This document shows positions 10,580 to 23,900 of a DNA stretch of 64,000 nucleotides, one piece after another. The stretch is from Anolis carolinensis (taxonomy: Eukaryota): assembly GCF_035594765.1 (NCBI RefSeq), contig NC_085845.1:167478897-167542896 (forward strand), written 5' to 3'. Numbering within the stretch: the first letter of the stretch is position 1; the number at the start of each line of letters is the position of its first letter. The notes below the pieces were generated by a model. It was not told the origin of the DNA and made no database searches. It worked only from the letters and a program-made list of their open reading frames with translations. The translations under genes were made by a program, and so were the position numbers.

Positions 10580-13500
10580 CCCCCGTCATACAGGAGACAT
10601 GGGGGAAGGAAACTTTTAGCCTATTCTAAGCTAACTAAACTGTTCCTCATTGAGGACTTGAGACTTGAACTCCAACAGCCTTCACTGTCCGCCATGGTCG
10701 TAATGGGAAAAGGGTTTAAGAAGCCGCTTCGCTGGAGGCCTCTGCCTTTACCTCTCTCCCTGTCTCTGGCTCCAGCTCAGCAAGGTCACCTCGCTATTTT
10801 GTGCCTCAGCCACCATCAATCAAAATGAGGCTATACCAGCTCAAAGGAACACCGTTGGGGATTCTCTCCTCCCGTCGAACAAGGAGGCACTGCAACACCA
10901 GCCCACCTATATGCCTATAGGTGTCAAACAGGTATATCTACCCATGCTGCCTCTCCCAGTTTTCCAAACCCAGTGGAGAGGGGTCATCTCAAGATCCGCA
11001 GCCCACCCTCCCATGTATATATAAATCATGGGGAAGCTCTTAGCTAACTGACTGTGATCTAATTTAAAATGTGATATGGTTGTTTATATTTGATGTATTG
11101 TATTTTGTTGGGTGCACCCCTGCACTGCTCAAGCCTTTGCTGATGTTAAGTTCCTATTCGTCAAAAAGGTAGCTGTTCAGAGACAGGACTAAGCTTAGGA
11201 AATCCCTTTCCCCCCAGCACATTCCTGTGTGTGTTTGAAAAGTTTTTCTTCTCTTTCCAGAAGCTATTGTCTTCTCCCCTTTTTATGACATAGCAATGTG
11301 ATTCAGTGGGGGATCTTGCTGTTGTAAAAGACTGCCTCCAGCTAAGAAGGCCATACTGTCTTGGGAACCATCTTACTTTTTTGTTTCTTTTTCTGAGAGC
11401 ATACTTTTGCCTTTGAGTGAGGAAAAATGTAATTTTTGGATCTTTTTCTTTCTTTTTAGAAGATGAAGCTTAGTAAACTAGTTAACTCCAAACCCTTTCT
11501 ATCCAGAATGTACTTCCTTTTTTACTTCAATAAGCCATCCTGGGACATACTGCATATTTTTGCACACCACACAGTGAGTTTTTGCTGGTTATGGACTTAC
11601 ATTCTGGCACTCTGTTATATTTTGGTGGAATTTCCCTAACTTTGGGTTATTTTTGGGCTTAATTGGCCCAGAATCCACAACAGAATCCCAAATGTATCTT
11701 CAAATGGTGGAAACATTAGCAGTGAAGCCTTCTTCTTCTGTATGTCCAAAGGGAAGATGGAAGGTACATGGAAGGTCCATGGATAATGAGGTCATGAAGT
11801 GGGGTTGTCTATTGTCCACAAAGTAAGCCAATGAGGTCCCCATTTTCCCTTGTCTTTCAGAAATGCCCTGGGTCCACTCTCCCTCCTATGACCATCATGG
11901 AATCTCTCATTTGAAGAACTTGGAATGGTTCTCCTGGCCACTCCCTCTCTACTTCCAGGGTTACTATAGGAACAGAAATAAACAGTTTACATCTTCACCA
12001 CCATTCTTTAACTGCCCACTCCTTACCGAATGTTCAAACAGTGAGGAGGTTAGGAGTGGGGCTCTTCTGCTACTGTTTGGAAACCTTGGGTAGAACTTTT
12101 GGATCAGCATGGCATGTAGGAGAGATGGATATTTAGATGTCCAGGTGGGTTCTTGAGTCATTTATTCTCAGAGTTGGTCCTGATAAAAAGCTAACTGTGG
12201 GTTCAGGTTTGGAGAAAGGATGAAGAGGGGTTAGGTTTTGTCCCCAAAATCATACAATATGTTACATACAAAGGAAAATAAACACAAAAAAATACCTGAC
12301 TATATTGTTTATTTAGAGCTGTTTTATTCACACAAAGGCTATATATTGTTACTGTAAGTCAAATGTTGTCCAAGTAGTAAAGTTCTGCTACCAAACATAC
12401 ATATTAAGATAAAAATGTATGTTTAGGGCTTTTCCTGAAATATTTAAACTGTGGACAATTTCGCCTGATTTTCCAACAATTGTCAGCCATCATATGTATA
12501 TCCCATCTACCCTGATACTGTGCCTCCAAAGCCTCTTTAAGTCTAAAACAGCTGAAAAATCAAACTCAACAGGAATTATGTTAAAAATTGTTCTCCAGTG
12601 TAATAGAGAAGGGAAGAAAAAAGAGAATGGCTAACAGGGCAGAAATATCTAGAAATGTTGTCTAGATACCATCCAAGGATTATTTTGCTTATTGGGGAAT
12701 GGGGAAAGTACTGAAGTTGTTTTGAAAGGTGTCAGGAGGATTCGGGCAGCCATATTTATGGACTGTAGTCACTTAAGAGTGATCCTGGTGTCTCCAAAAT
12801 ACAGATAGAAATGTGTTCGTACTTGGAGATGTCTTCAGCTTGCAGAAGACATCTTCAGAAGACTCAGGAGTCCATGTTCAGCCTTGTTATGGTTTGATCT
12901 GCCTACCTTCACTTTAGAACAACTTTTGTATCACAACATCCTCTGTCCTCCTTGAATTCTGGGGTTGCTCTGGTGCAGCAGCGGCCCTAGTTTTTTTCAC
13001 TATGTAAGCAAACCTAGCCCCCCCCCCCAAATTACACCCCCGAGCCGCAGAACTCCAGGAAGTCCTTGCTATTCTTACGATATTTCGCGAGATCTCGCAG
13101 AAATCTCACGAAATCTTGCGAGAATAGCAAAGACTTCCTTGTTCCGCAGTGAATGACCCAATGGTCGCTGCCGCTGTGAGAGCGCCCAGCAAGGGCTGCG
13201 CCCAAAGCGGCGGCTTCAAGGGTTTCAATTACGAACCGGCCCTGCTCTGTTGGCACCCAAAAACAGTTGAGAAGGCTCCGATTCTGTGGCTTCTTTTGAC
13301 TATCGGCTTCATGGAGGAGATCCCACATCCTTGTTTTCTCTTAGGAGTAGCCCAGATATTTCATGGGTTCTTTAGGATCTCTTAGTGGTTTAGGCCAGGT
13401 GTCTCCATATCAGGAGGGATGATCCCTATTAACACTTTTTCTGTTACAGATCAGATGCCGAATCGGCAGTCATTGGAGGGCACCGAAGAACCAGCACAAC

Positions 13501-14944
13501 CCATCCCACCAAAACCCAAAGAACCCTCTGCCTCCCGCAATCTCCCTTCATGAACCTCCCACTATGCCCTTCCTCTTACAGCAACTTTCTCCTCCCACTA
13601 TCTTCCACAACCCTCCATCTCCTTCCATGTGCTCCACCCACCCACTCAAATCACTTTGCTCACAAACAGGCACTTCAGGCAGTTTCATTATTATGTGCAG
13701 ACCACACCTCACCCCATACAGCCACCCTGTTTCCAGGAGGGAATGGACCTTGTCTGGTGACCCCAGCCCCCCTCGTCCCACATGCCCTGGCCAGAGGGCA
13801 ACCCCTCTTTGCATGAGCTTCTTGTGCCACCTGCCCCAACCAACAGCATAGCTTTCTTGTCAGAAGGTGAGGAACCCAATCTCCCCAGGGACCTCTACTA
13901 TCTCCACCACCTCCTCCTTCTCCTGCCATGAAGGTGGGACACTCTGAAAGTAAATGCCCCTCTTTTTTAGAATACAAAAATCAGGGTGGGAGATACGGGC
14001 TGGTCTGGGGGACTGGCTTTGCAACCAGCATTACAGGTGTGAGTTCAGCCAGCAACTAGGATGACATAGGAGGATGACATTTCCAATCCTCAACAAGAGG
14101 GATTCAACGGTCAGACCTTTGTCATAATCTCTTGTTGCAGCCCTGGTAACTGGTGTAAGGGGGAAGAAAAACTGTCCTCCAGGTCCAAATGGATAGCTGA
14201 AGAGATCTCAATTTCTTGGTGTGTAATTCATTAAAAAGAAGGTGATGTAGAAGGTGGGCCTTTGTAATTGAATGACTTAAAACAATAGTGACCATCTGCA
14301 GCGTACTGAGGCATGAAATTATACCTCCTACAGAATTTTCCAGCCAGGATAAGAAAGGTCAAAGGGTTGAATGGGAGTTATTAAAACTTCCACATAAAGG
14401 TGTTTCTCTACCTGTGTCTTAGAAGCTGCTTTTACCCTCAGATGGGGCTTTGCTCCTAGGAATGGGAAGGATAACTGAGTTGAACTGGTCCTCTTTTCCT
14501 CTGTTTGTTTGTTTATTTATTTACTATATTTCTACTCTGCTCTTCTCACCCTGAAGGGGACTCAGAGTGGCTTACTGTTTGGCCACTTCAGTGCCACATT
14601 GTAAATACACAGTGTATAAATATAATACAATACAAATCAAAACACATTTAACATAAAATACTAGACAAAAATCACACAAAGCATAATAATGTCCAGAAAT
14701 AAGATATAAATAAATATTAAGCATTAAAAATATTTGAAGCCAATTTCAATTATTGTGGAAACTCATCAGTTAAATAATATATTTCACTAAACTCAGTCAT
14801 CAGTGATTAACACAAGCCAGTGAGAAAATTAAGAGAAGTCTCCACAAAATAAATACATAAAAATAAATAAAATAAAATCTAAAAACAAAACAAAAACAAA
14901 AGTCCCCACTAAAGCGTAGGAGGAACAGAGTTGAAAGTTAAGTG

Positions 14945-15206
14945 TTTAGAAATGGAAAAATGGACTATAAATGAGTGTAGAAAAGGAAAGACATTAATAC
15001 AACCACCATGAAGGAGAATGGAAGGACAATTACTTTGCTTTTTCTCTTTCCCTTTTTCCCTTTGTTTTTTTTTTTTTACCTCTTCCTACCTTTCTTTTTT
15101 TGCACTTTTTTATTCTTTCCCAACCCACTTACTCAAACCCCAATACCCAATTTTTCCTATTTTATCATATGCATTAGAAAACTCTTTAATAAAAACAAAA
15201 TAAATA
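14945..15206 (+). mobile_element. L1-like 3'UTR fragment with 12-bp TSD gaaagttaagtg
   Basis: Pyrimidine-rich 3'UTR, AATAAA and A-tail; TSD copies at 14933-14944 and 15207-15218. Confidence 0.6.
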
Positions 15207-17189
15207 GAAAGTTAAGTGCTGGCAGAGAAGCCAGCAGCCCCAATCCAAGCCAAGCCCAGTTTCAGTACTGAGTTGACGGTCAAAGGGGGGGCTGGTTGGT
15301 AAAATTCCCCAGTACTGTCATCCTATAAGGTATCAGTGACTTAAGTAACTTTGGGCTATGGCTAGCTGGCGGTGCGGTCACGACCAGAAATAAGATATAA
15401 ATATATATTTATATTTTTCAGCCTCAGCTTCCTCTTCTGGGGACCTCTTATTGGGTTTCTATGGAAAGAAGCAGAAAAATCAAGGCAAAGGAAGGTGGGA
15501 CAAGAAGCCAGATGGGAGTCTAGCTTGGAAGAGAAAGTGTGTGTCCAGTGGAGAAGAAACAACTAAGGGAGATCCATGCAAAAGAGTTAGGCAAAGACAG
15601 AAGAGAGGGAACAGCACCTCTGCTGGTGCTAACAGGACATCCCTCAAAAACAACCAGGCCTCACACATGTTGGGAGTCCATCCAGGCCTTTCATCCCCTG
15701 GGGAAGAAGCTCCAAGCCCTCCCCGCAAAGGTGACCTTCCCAGGCAGGAGACCACCTGGAGGCATCTCAGACCAACTGCTGGCTACCATGGCCACCATGG
15801 GCAGTTGGAGAAGCCGCTGCCCCCAATTCCCTAGACTTCCATCTCCATCTTGGCAGAAGGACCCCTCCCCTCCGCCCAGCCAACACTGCGGTCCCTGCAA
15901 TGTTAGTCAACCCCTGTACCCATTGTGGGCCTGCAGGAAATTCAAGCCAACCCTTTTCAAACCGGCGCAGGGAGAGGAGTCTTCTCCAAAGTTGTGGTTC
16001 TTCCTCTCATAACTACTGCAGCAGTGGAGAGGACATTGAGACCTACCAGCAGACCAGGGCCACCATCTCCTCCCTGCAGAGCGGACACCCACAACCCCTG
16101 AACATCCCCCGATCTCAACATGGAGGTCTCCTAGCCCATCTCAGGAGAGCAGCCTGAGCAGGAGTGGATGCAGCACCAGGCTCAGAAGGGCAGGAGGAGG
16201 AGCCATAATGGTCGGAGACCCTTTTGTTTGCACAAAGGAGGCAGACCTGAGGGTCTCCGACCATTATGGCTACTCCAATAGAAACTTTAAAGACTGATGT
16301 ATATATCAATTAGTGTTAGCAAACTGAATCTGATTCTATCAAGTTTTAATATCATTTATATGCAAGGTATTATAGTGTATGTATATTAATGAGATTTTAG
16401 CAGACATGATTTGAATGCTTTCTGTTGTATTTCATATAGCTTGATATTGTTTATATGTTTCTGTTGTTTAATATTGTATTTAAAATTTTATATGAATGGC
16501 CTATGTCTAAAGTGTTAATAAAGTGTTATTAAAGATCCAGTAGTTTTCTTTCGAGTAATTATCCTGAATCATCTTCTCGTATTAGCATTTTTAAAGCACA
16601 TTTAAGAACTTAACTGATCAGCTTTGGGATCAAAAAAACTCACTTCTCTGAAGGAAACACCTTTTTGTGTGGTTTATTTGCACAAAATAAGTTGTTTGGG
16701 GTTTTGAGGCAGAAAAAGCAACTCATGCCACTACACAGAGAAATCTTCAGGAACACTTTAGGACCTTCAAATATTGGGAGGTGGGGAATTACTTCCTCAT
16801 AATTGCATAGATGAGTAGTTGTTTGGATGAGTAGAAACTTAAGGGAGAATTGAAGGTCAGAAAAGAAGAGCAAACTCTTATTTCTCTTGTACATTCCTAT
16901 GGAGATTTTCAGTATATATTTCAGATTTCAATATTAATGTCAAAAATACGTAGTATGATTTTACTTAGGATTTGTGCTACATTACAACAGTAAAGACAAA
17001 ATATCACTTAAGTAAAATAAACATTAAATAACAAAAATAAAATGAATGGAAGCTTAAGGAAGAATTGAAGGTCAGGAAAGAAGAGCAAACTTTTATCTCT
17101 CTTGTAACTTCCTATGAGACTGAGAGAGTGTGGCCTGCTGAATGATATCCTGTGTCTTCCTAAGGCATGGGGGATTTGAACCGCAGACA

Positions 17190-17516
17190 AGAAACAATCA
17201 AGGCCAACTAATCACATCACAAGAAAGGATTCCCCCAGGCAAGTAGAAGCCAGGCTTTGAAGCTGCAAGGCCATTCAATGCTAATCAAGGTGATCAATTG
17301 CAACATTCACACCTGCCTGAAGCAGACAAGAGTTTTTTCCTCTCAGCCTGATATATAAACCCCACTTGCCTAGTTTCCAACAAATCTCAAAACCTCTAAG
17401 AATGCCTGCCACAGATGCAGACGAAATGTCAGGAGAGAATGTTTCTGGAACATGGCCATACAGTCTGGAAAATTCACAACAACCCAGTGCTTCCGGCCAT
17501 GAAAGCCTTCGACAAC
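17190..17516 (+). mobile_element. Penelope-like element fragment abutting the DDX47 promoter
   Basis: Same family as the other Penelope copies. Confidence 0.75.
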
Positions 17517-17559
17517 ACATTGCCTGGGGATTCTGGGAGTTGAAGTCCCCCAAACCTGG

Positions 17560-17900
17560 CAGCCGAAAGGATGGCAACAGAGGGCGGCATGCATTTCAGT
17601 CAGGGAGGGAGTCCTTCCCAATCTTTGCAGCAGGAGTGGTTCCTTTGGAGGAAATTGCCTCTACTTTTTGAGACAGAGATAAACGAAACACGCTGGCTCC
17701 TGCCGGAGGTTTCTTCTGCGAATGGAACTATTACTTCCTCAACCGGAGAATAGAGAGGACTTGAACTACTACTCCCAGCGTGCCTTGCGGAAGCGTCTGG
17801 AGGTTAAAGGTAAAGCTGAAGATGGCGGCAGAGATGGAGCAGGAAGAAGCCAACGCGGAGGTAGCGAAATCCTTCAAGGAGCTGGTGAGAGAGTCGCCTC
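17560..17900 (+). promoter_or_regulatory. DDX47 CpG-rich promoter with ZNF143/THAP11-type motif (ACTACTACTCCCAGCGTGCC, 17765-17784), ETS/GABP CGGAAG (17788-17793) and YY1 AAGATGGCGGC (17819-17829) overlapping the ATG
   Basis: Local CpG enrichment and typical housekeeping-promoter motifs immediately before the DDX47 start codon. Confidence 0.7.
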
Positions 17901-20900
17901 TTCTTTGTTTTTCTCCTCCTCCTCTTCGTCTTTGGTCACTTTACCTTTCTCTCTGGAGTGGCAATGAGGGTGTAGCTGCCCCGGATTTGTTCTCTTGAGT
18001 CCACACGTGTTCTCTGCTAAAGCCCTTGGCGGAGGCAACAGCTACAACAGGCATGGGCAAACTTCGGCCCTCTAGGTGTTAGCTAGCTGTTGGGAATTGT
18101 GGGAGCTGAAATCCAAAACACCTGGAGGGCCGAAGTTTGCCCGTACCTGAGCTACACTGCAGAATTAATGCAGTTTGACACCTCCTTAATTATCAGGGTT
18201 CAGTGCTATGGGATCCTGGGAGTTGTAGTATGTTGAGGCCCCAGCACTCTGGCAGAAAAGGCAAAATGCCTTGTAAAACTACAACTCCCATGATTCAGTA
18301 GCACAGAGTTATGACAGTTGAAGTGGTTTCAAACTGCATTAATTGTACACTGTACATCAGGCATGGGCAAACTCCAGCTCTCCGGGTGTTTTGGACTTCA
18401 ACTCCCACAATTCCTAACAGCTGATAGGCTGTTAGGAATTGTGGGAGTTGAAGTCCAAAACACCCGGAGGGCTCAAGTTTGCCCATGCCTGGTGTAGATG
18501 CCTCCTATGATTCTGGAGACCTGAATCTCTTTTTAAATCATAGAATCAGAGAACCGGTTGAGATCCCAAGGGCCATCTAGTCCAACTTGTTGATTAATTG
18601 GAGTGCTATTTTAACTTAATCGTATTATATGTAGTACAAAACCAAACCATTTAAAAGAGGTAATTGTTCTCCGCCCCCCCCCCCCCCCCCCCGGGATAAT
18701 GATGTATTGTTATATAGCAAATAGTTAATTTTATAACTTCTGTTTGTTTGCACATAAGTAAAATCACCCAAATTTGGAAACAGGCAAATGACTTGGGCTT
18801 TCATACATGGTTCCAAGGAGTTTTTGATTTTATTACTCTGTGAGAAGCTGACCATAAATATAGCAACAACAATAATAATCTGACCATAAATATAAGATGT
18901 AGTTGGCCCTATATATCCCTAAAGATGGGCTTAAAGCTAACCTCAAAAACTGTGGCATAGACACTGAGAACTGGGAAGCCCTGACTCTTGAGTGCTCTAA
19001 CTGGAGGTCAGCTGTGCCCAGCAGTGCTGTGGAATTTGAAGAGGCATGAATGGAGGGCGAAAGGGAGAAACGTACCAAGAGGAAGGCGCATCAAGCCAAT
19101 CCTGACCTGCCTTCCTGCCTGGAAACCGATGTCCTCACTGTGGAAGAATATGTGGGTCAAAAATAGGACTCCACAGTCACCTACATACCCACCGCCAAGA
19201 CACTACACTTGGAAGGTCATCATACTCGGACAACAAGGGATTGCCTAATGAATGATCCCTGGATTCAACCATCCATGACTTGAAAATAGTTTTTTAATCC
19301 ACAAAGCAAACCTTAATTTTGACATTTTATATAAAGGGCATTATTTTCTCACATTGTTTCTCACATTCCCAGCTTTGGAACTCCCTCCCAAGGGAAATTA
19401 GGCAAGCCTAATGGATGTTTCAGCTTGCATTTGAGGACACTTAGTCCCTAGTTATAAATTCCCAGTCCCTAGGTTCCATAATAATATTTTGTTCTCTGCA
19501 CTTCATCCAATACCCAGCCCTACAATAGGCTGCTTGCACTACCCCATGCCCAACCCTTTTGTAACCTGGTCACATCCATTGTATTATTGGTGTTGTTGAG
19601 TATTTTAAATTGAGTTTTAATGCTACTGTTTTATACTCTTATGCTTTAGTGAATTGTGCTTTTATCCGGATTGTTATATTAAACTATGTTTATTTTAATT
19701 TGATGGATTGTTTTGTATTTGTGTCTGTGGGCATTTTGTCTCACATGTAAGTTGCACCTAGTCCCTTTGGGGAGATGGCGGGGTATAAGAATAAAGTTGT
19801 TGTTGTTGTATTTAATAGAACTTGAACATTCACAGAATTGGGTCTTGGAACCAACAGTTCAATTGTGCAGAGGATGCTGGCTGTGTTAGCATCCTATGAA
19901 TCCCAGAAGTCTGTTGCTCTGGATAAATATTGCTTAAGTTATATTGACTATAGGCCAATCCCACTTTATATAGTTGGACATTACTTACAATACTCGATAT
20001 GCTGTCTCATCAGTTTTGCTGCATAAGGTGACTGCCAAAAATATTTAAAATCTTCGCCTGATGAACTACAGTCAATATAAGGATTTTTCAAGTCTCTCTT
20101 TCCCCAACAGACCTTTGAAGTAGATTCAAGTAAGGGATCATGGTTAGCCCAAGGCCTCAAATGAGATTTAGCTGTTTGTATATTTACAGAAAGGCACTGT
20201 TTGCTTTCCATTATATATAAAAAAATCAAAATGGGGCACAGTATCAAGGAAACTAATACAATGATAAATGGGTCATCCATCACCGATAACACAGGCAACT
20301 CATATAATAAATAGGTATAGCAATGTGAACTCATGCATATCAGTTTCATGTTCAAGAGTGTATTTACTTAACATAGTATGCTCTGCTCTTCTCTTTTTTA
20401 ACTTGTAGCACATACTGATTCTAGTTAATAGGGATAATGAAGCAGATAACTACCGGTATATTTTAAAATGAGTTATGGTTTCAAGTCGCTAAATTGTCCA
20501 GTAAAGTCTGATATGCAACTAACTATAAGTCTTTGGTATAGTCCATATTGGGTGTTGAATATTTGAACATCTTGCTAAGAGTTTGTTTTCTCTTTGGAAT
20601 TGCAGGGCGTGACAGAGGTGCTGTGTGAAGCCTGTGATCAGTTGGGATGGAAGACGCCAACAAAGATCCAAGTGGAATCTATTCCACTAGCACTCCAAGG
20701 TGAGACTACTTATGGGAGCTCGAATTCATTGAAGGAGAGTCAAGGCTGATACATTTCCATGTGTTACAAAGAAAAAACATTCCACTTTCTTTTTCCTGCA
20801 GTCTTTTGCAGCTCCAAGAACTTATCCTTGACAAGTGAATTATTTCTCTCAACCTGAACTGAGGAATTGAATTCTTGTCAGAAACCGTGCTTTTCCTAAT

Positions 20901-23900
20901 GTATTAGAAATGGCAGGGTTTCTCTTACAAGGGATTTGGGCTCCCTTCAGGCTGTCTGTTATTTAGAGATCATTAATTCTTTTCATAGAAGCATAGAATT
21001 AGAGAGTCAGAAGAGACTCCAAGGGCCATCCATTCCAATCGCCTGCCATGTTGGAAAATACTATCAAAGCACTCCTGACAGATGGCCATTCAGCCTCTGC
21101 TTAAAAACCTTGAGAGAAGGAAACTCCATCACACTCTGAGGCAGCATATTACATTGCCAAACAGCTGTTACCATCAGGAAGTTCAAGTTCTTCCTAATGT
21201 TTAAGTGGCATCCTTTTTCCCGCAATTTGAATCCAGTGTTCCATGTCCTAATCTTTAGAGCCAAAGAAAATATTGGCTCTCATGTCCTCTCTCAGCCTTC
21301 TCTCTAAGCTAAACAAACCCAGCTCCCTAACCCATTCATCATAGGGCTTGACTTCCAGACCGTTGACCATTTTGGTCACTCTTCTCTGGACACTTTCCAG
21401 CTTGTCAATATTCTTTGTGAATTGTGATGCGCAAAACTGAAAAATCCAGATGAGGTCTTCCAAAGCAGAATAGAGTGGTACTATTACTTTTTTCAATCTC
21501 GATCGTCTAGACCAGTGTTTCTCAAACTCTGCTCCTCCAGGTGTTTTGGACTTTAGCTCTCAGAAATCCTAGCCCACTTACCAGCTGTTAGGAATTGTGG
21601 GAGCTGAAGTCCAACACATCTGGAGGAGCAAAATTTGAGGAACACTGGTCTAGTGTCATGGATCCTCTTCTTCATTTTCAAACAAACAGAACTGACATCT
21701 AGACACTATTATTCCTATTATATTTAGATCTAGACACTATACTATTATGTCTACATTTTCTAATCTCCAGTGATGTGGAAAAAGTATAAAGTTGAACACA
21801 TGCTCATTGCCATATTCCTGCTATGAACTCTGGTACCTCTTATACAGCAGAGGACAAAAATCTTGCTGAATTCACATAGATTCTTATTGTAGACTTTTCC
21901 AGCGTGTGAAGTGTGACGGCACATATGGAGAGGCTGGTGCCAGTGGATTTATGCACCCTTTCTCTTCACATTGTTCTGCTTGTGTGGAGCTTTGGATGCT
22001 TGCACATATAACTGATGTGTTTTAGTCCCATTTCTTACCTATCACTAAGAGGAAGTGAATGTTTATCCACCATTGGAGAAAGAGTTTTTCATTTGCATTC
22101 TTAACAAATTAGGGGTAACTGACACAGCTTTAGAGCCACAGGAACCTATTTCTTGCCAAATCCAATTTTTAAAAATATGAATGAAGGGGACTGCTGCTGC
22201 TGTCCTTCCTTTCCACCAAAACTGGGGCTTAAGATGGCTTAAAAATTAGCCCAAACGTACAAAAGGTCAACACTTGCATGCTATTAAACTATGAATAATA
22301 TTGTATTCATTTTAACTGTAACTTCATTGTGCTATTGTGGATTCTGTTCTTTCTTACAGGTCGAGACATCATTGGCTTAGCAGAGACAGGATCTGGGAAA
22401 ACGGGGGCGTTTGCATTGCCCATCCTGCAGGCCCTCCTGGAGACCCCTCAGCGCTTCTTTGCTTTGGTGCTTACACCAACCAGGGAGTTAGCCTTCCAGA
22501 TCTCAGAGCAATTTGAGGCTCTTGGATCATCCATTGGTGTTCAGACTGGTGAGTATAAGGCTTTAGATCAGAAGGAAATATGTTGAATTTTGTCAGTCAT
22601 GTAGAAGATGGAGCAGTACCATGCTTTAAGAAATTCTTTAAAACAGACATGTCAAACTCATTTTCACCAAGGGCCACATCAGCCTTATGGTTCCCTTCAA
22701 GGGACCAATTGTTATTCTAAAGCTGTATAATGTAACTATGTTGCACTGACATTGAAAGTCTTGTGAGCCACATAAAATGACCTTTCATGCCTTACATTTG
22801 ACACATATGCTTTCAAATATAGCTTCATGAAATGTGCTTGTACTCTAGCTGCAGTGTATGGCAATAAGCCCACAAACAGTATTAGTCTGTATAATATTTT
22901 GCTAACCCACTGATGCCAACAACTTTAATGTTAATGTTACCAGTAAAGAAGCATTGTCCTCAGCACCCAGGATTGAAAGAGATGCCATGTATGTTTTCGC
23001 CATTATCTATTTGTAGCATTTGTCTACACTCTGCTATTAAGCTCCAAATTCTTCTAGAACCACCTAGGGTTATCCTAGGAAGATAAGTAGCAGGATAACC
23101 CTTGTTCTCAGGCTTGCCATTTCTTCTCTTGTCACAGAATAAAAAAGCTTTCTGCAGTTGGTATGCAAGCCAGGTGGGCTGGTGCAGAAGGGATAGAATG
23201 ATCTGCTTTGTCCTCCATCAAATCCCTGGTTTTCTGAGACTACTTACAAAATTAGCCTCACCTTATGAAAGCAAACGTTTCATAGTTTCCTTTAAAAACA
23301 GATACAAATTTCAAGAAGATGGGATTCACTTTCACAACTGCTGCTCTCTCCATGTGTTCTCAACATTCCCTCATAGCATTAATTGGATTATGAGTCCAAA
23401 TTAAATGCGTACAGTTCACATAATTTTCTTCCTGTTTGGAAATGTTTTTAAAATATTAGTCTTCATTGTTTGTTTTGAGTGAATTCTTAAAGTCTTGCAC
23501 CTTCCTTTGGAATTCATGCTATTTGGATGCTTTGGGTGCAACTGGTCAGTTCATATGACTCATTCACAAAATTTAACTAAATATGGCTAATGTTGATTTC
23601 TTTTTAGAGCTTAAATAACACTGTGTAACATGATTTTGGTTCCTGGGTTATAAATGTCATTTCCTAATTGGTTCTATCATTAAAACATGGGAAAAGTTTA
23701 TTAAACTGCAAAAAAAATGTGTTTGCTGTACATCCTACAGCACATTTTGCTATAGTTTTACAATGAATATCTTACAGAGACTCATCCAATTTAACATATT
23801 TTGTGGCAGCCACAAAAACAAAGTTTCTGGAGTATAATAACTGCTTTTAAAGTAATTACTGCACAATTAAACAGGAAATAACCATTTCAAACCAGGAACA

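Noticed and set aside
15451-16157. Cluster of overlapping ORFs of 61-157 aa
   Set aside because: No recognisable domain or consistent splice structure; expected by chance in GC-richer degenerate sequence.
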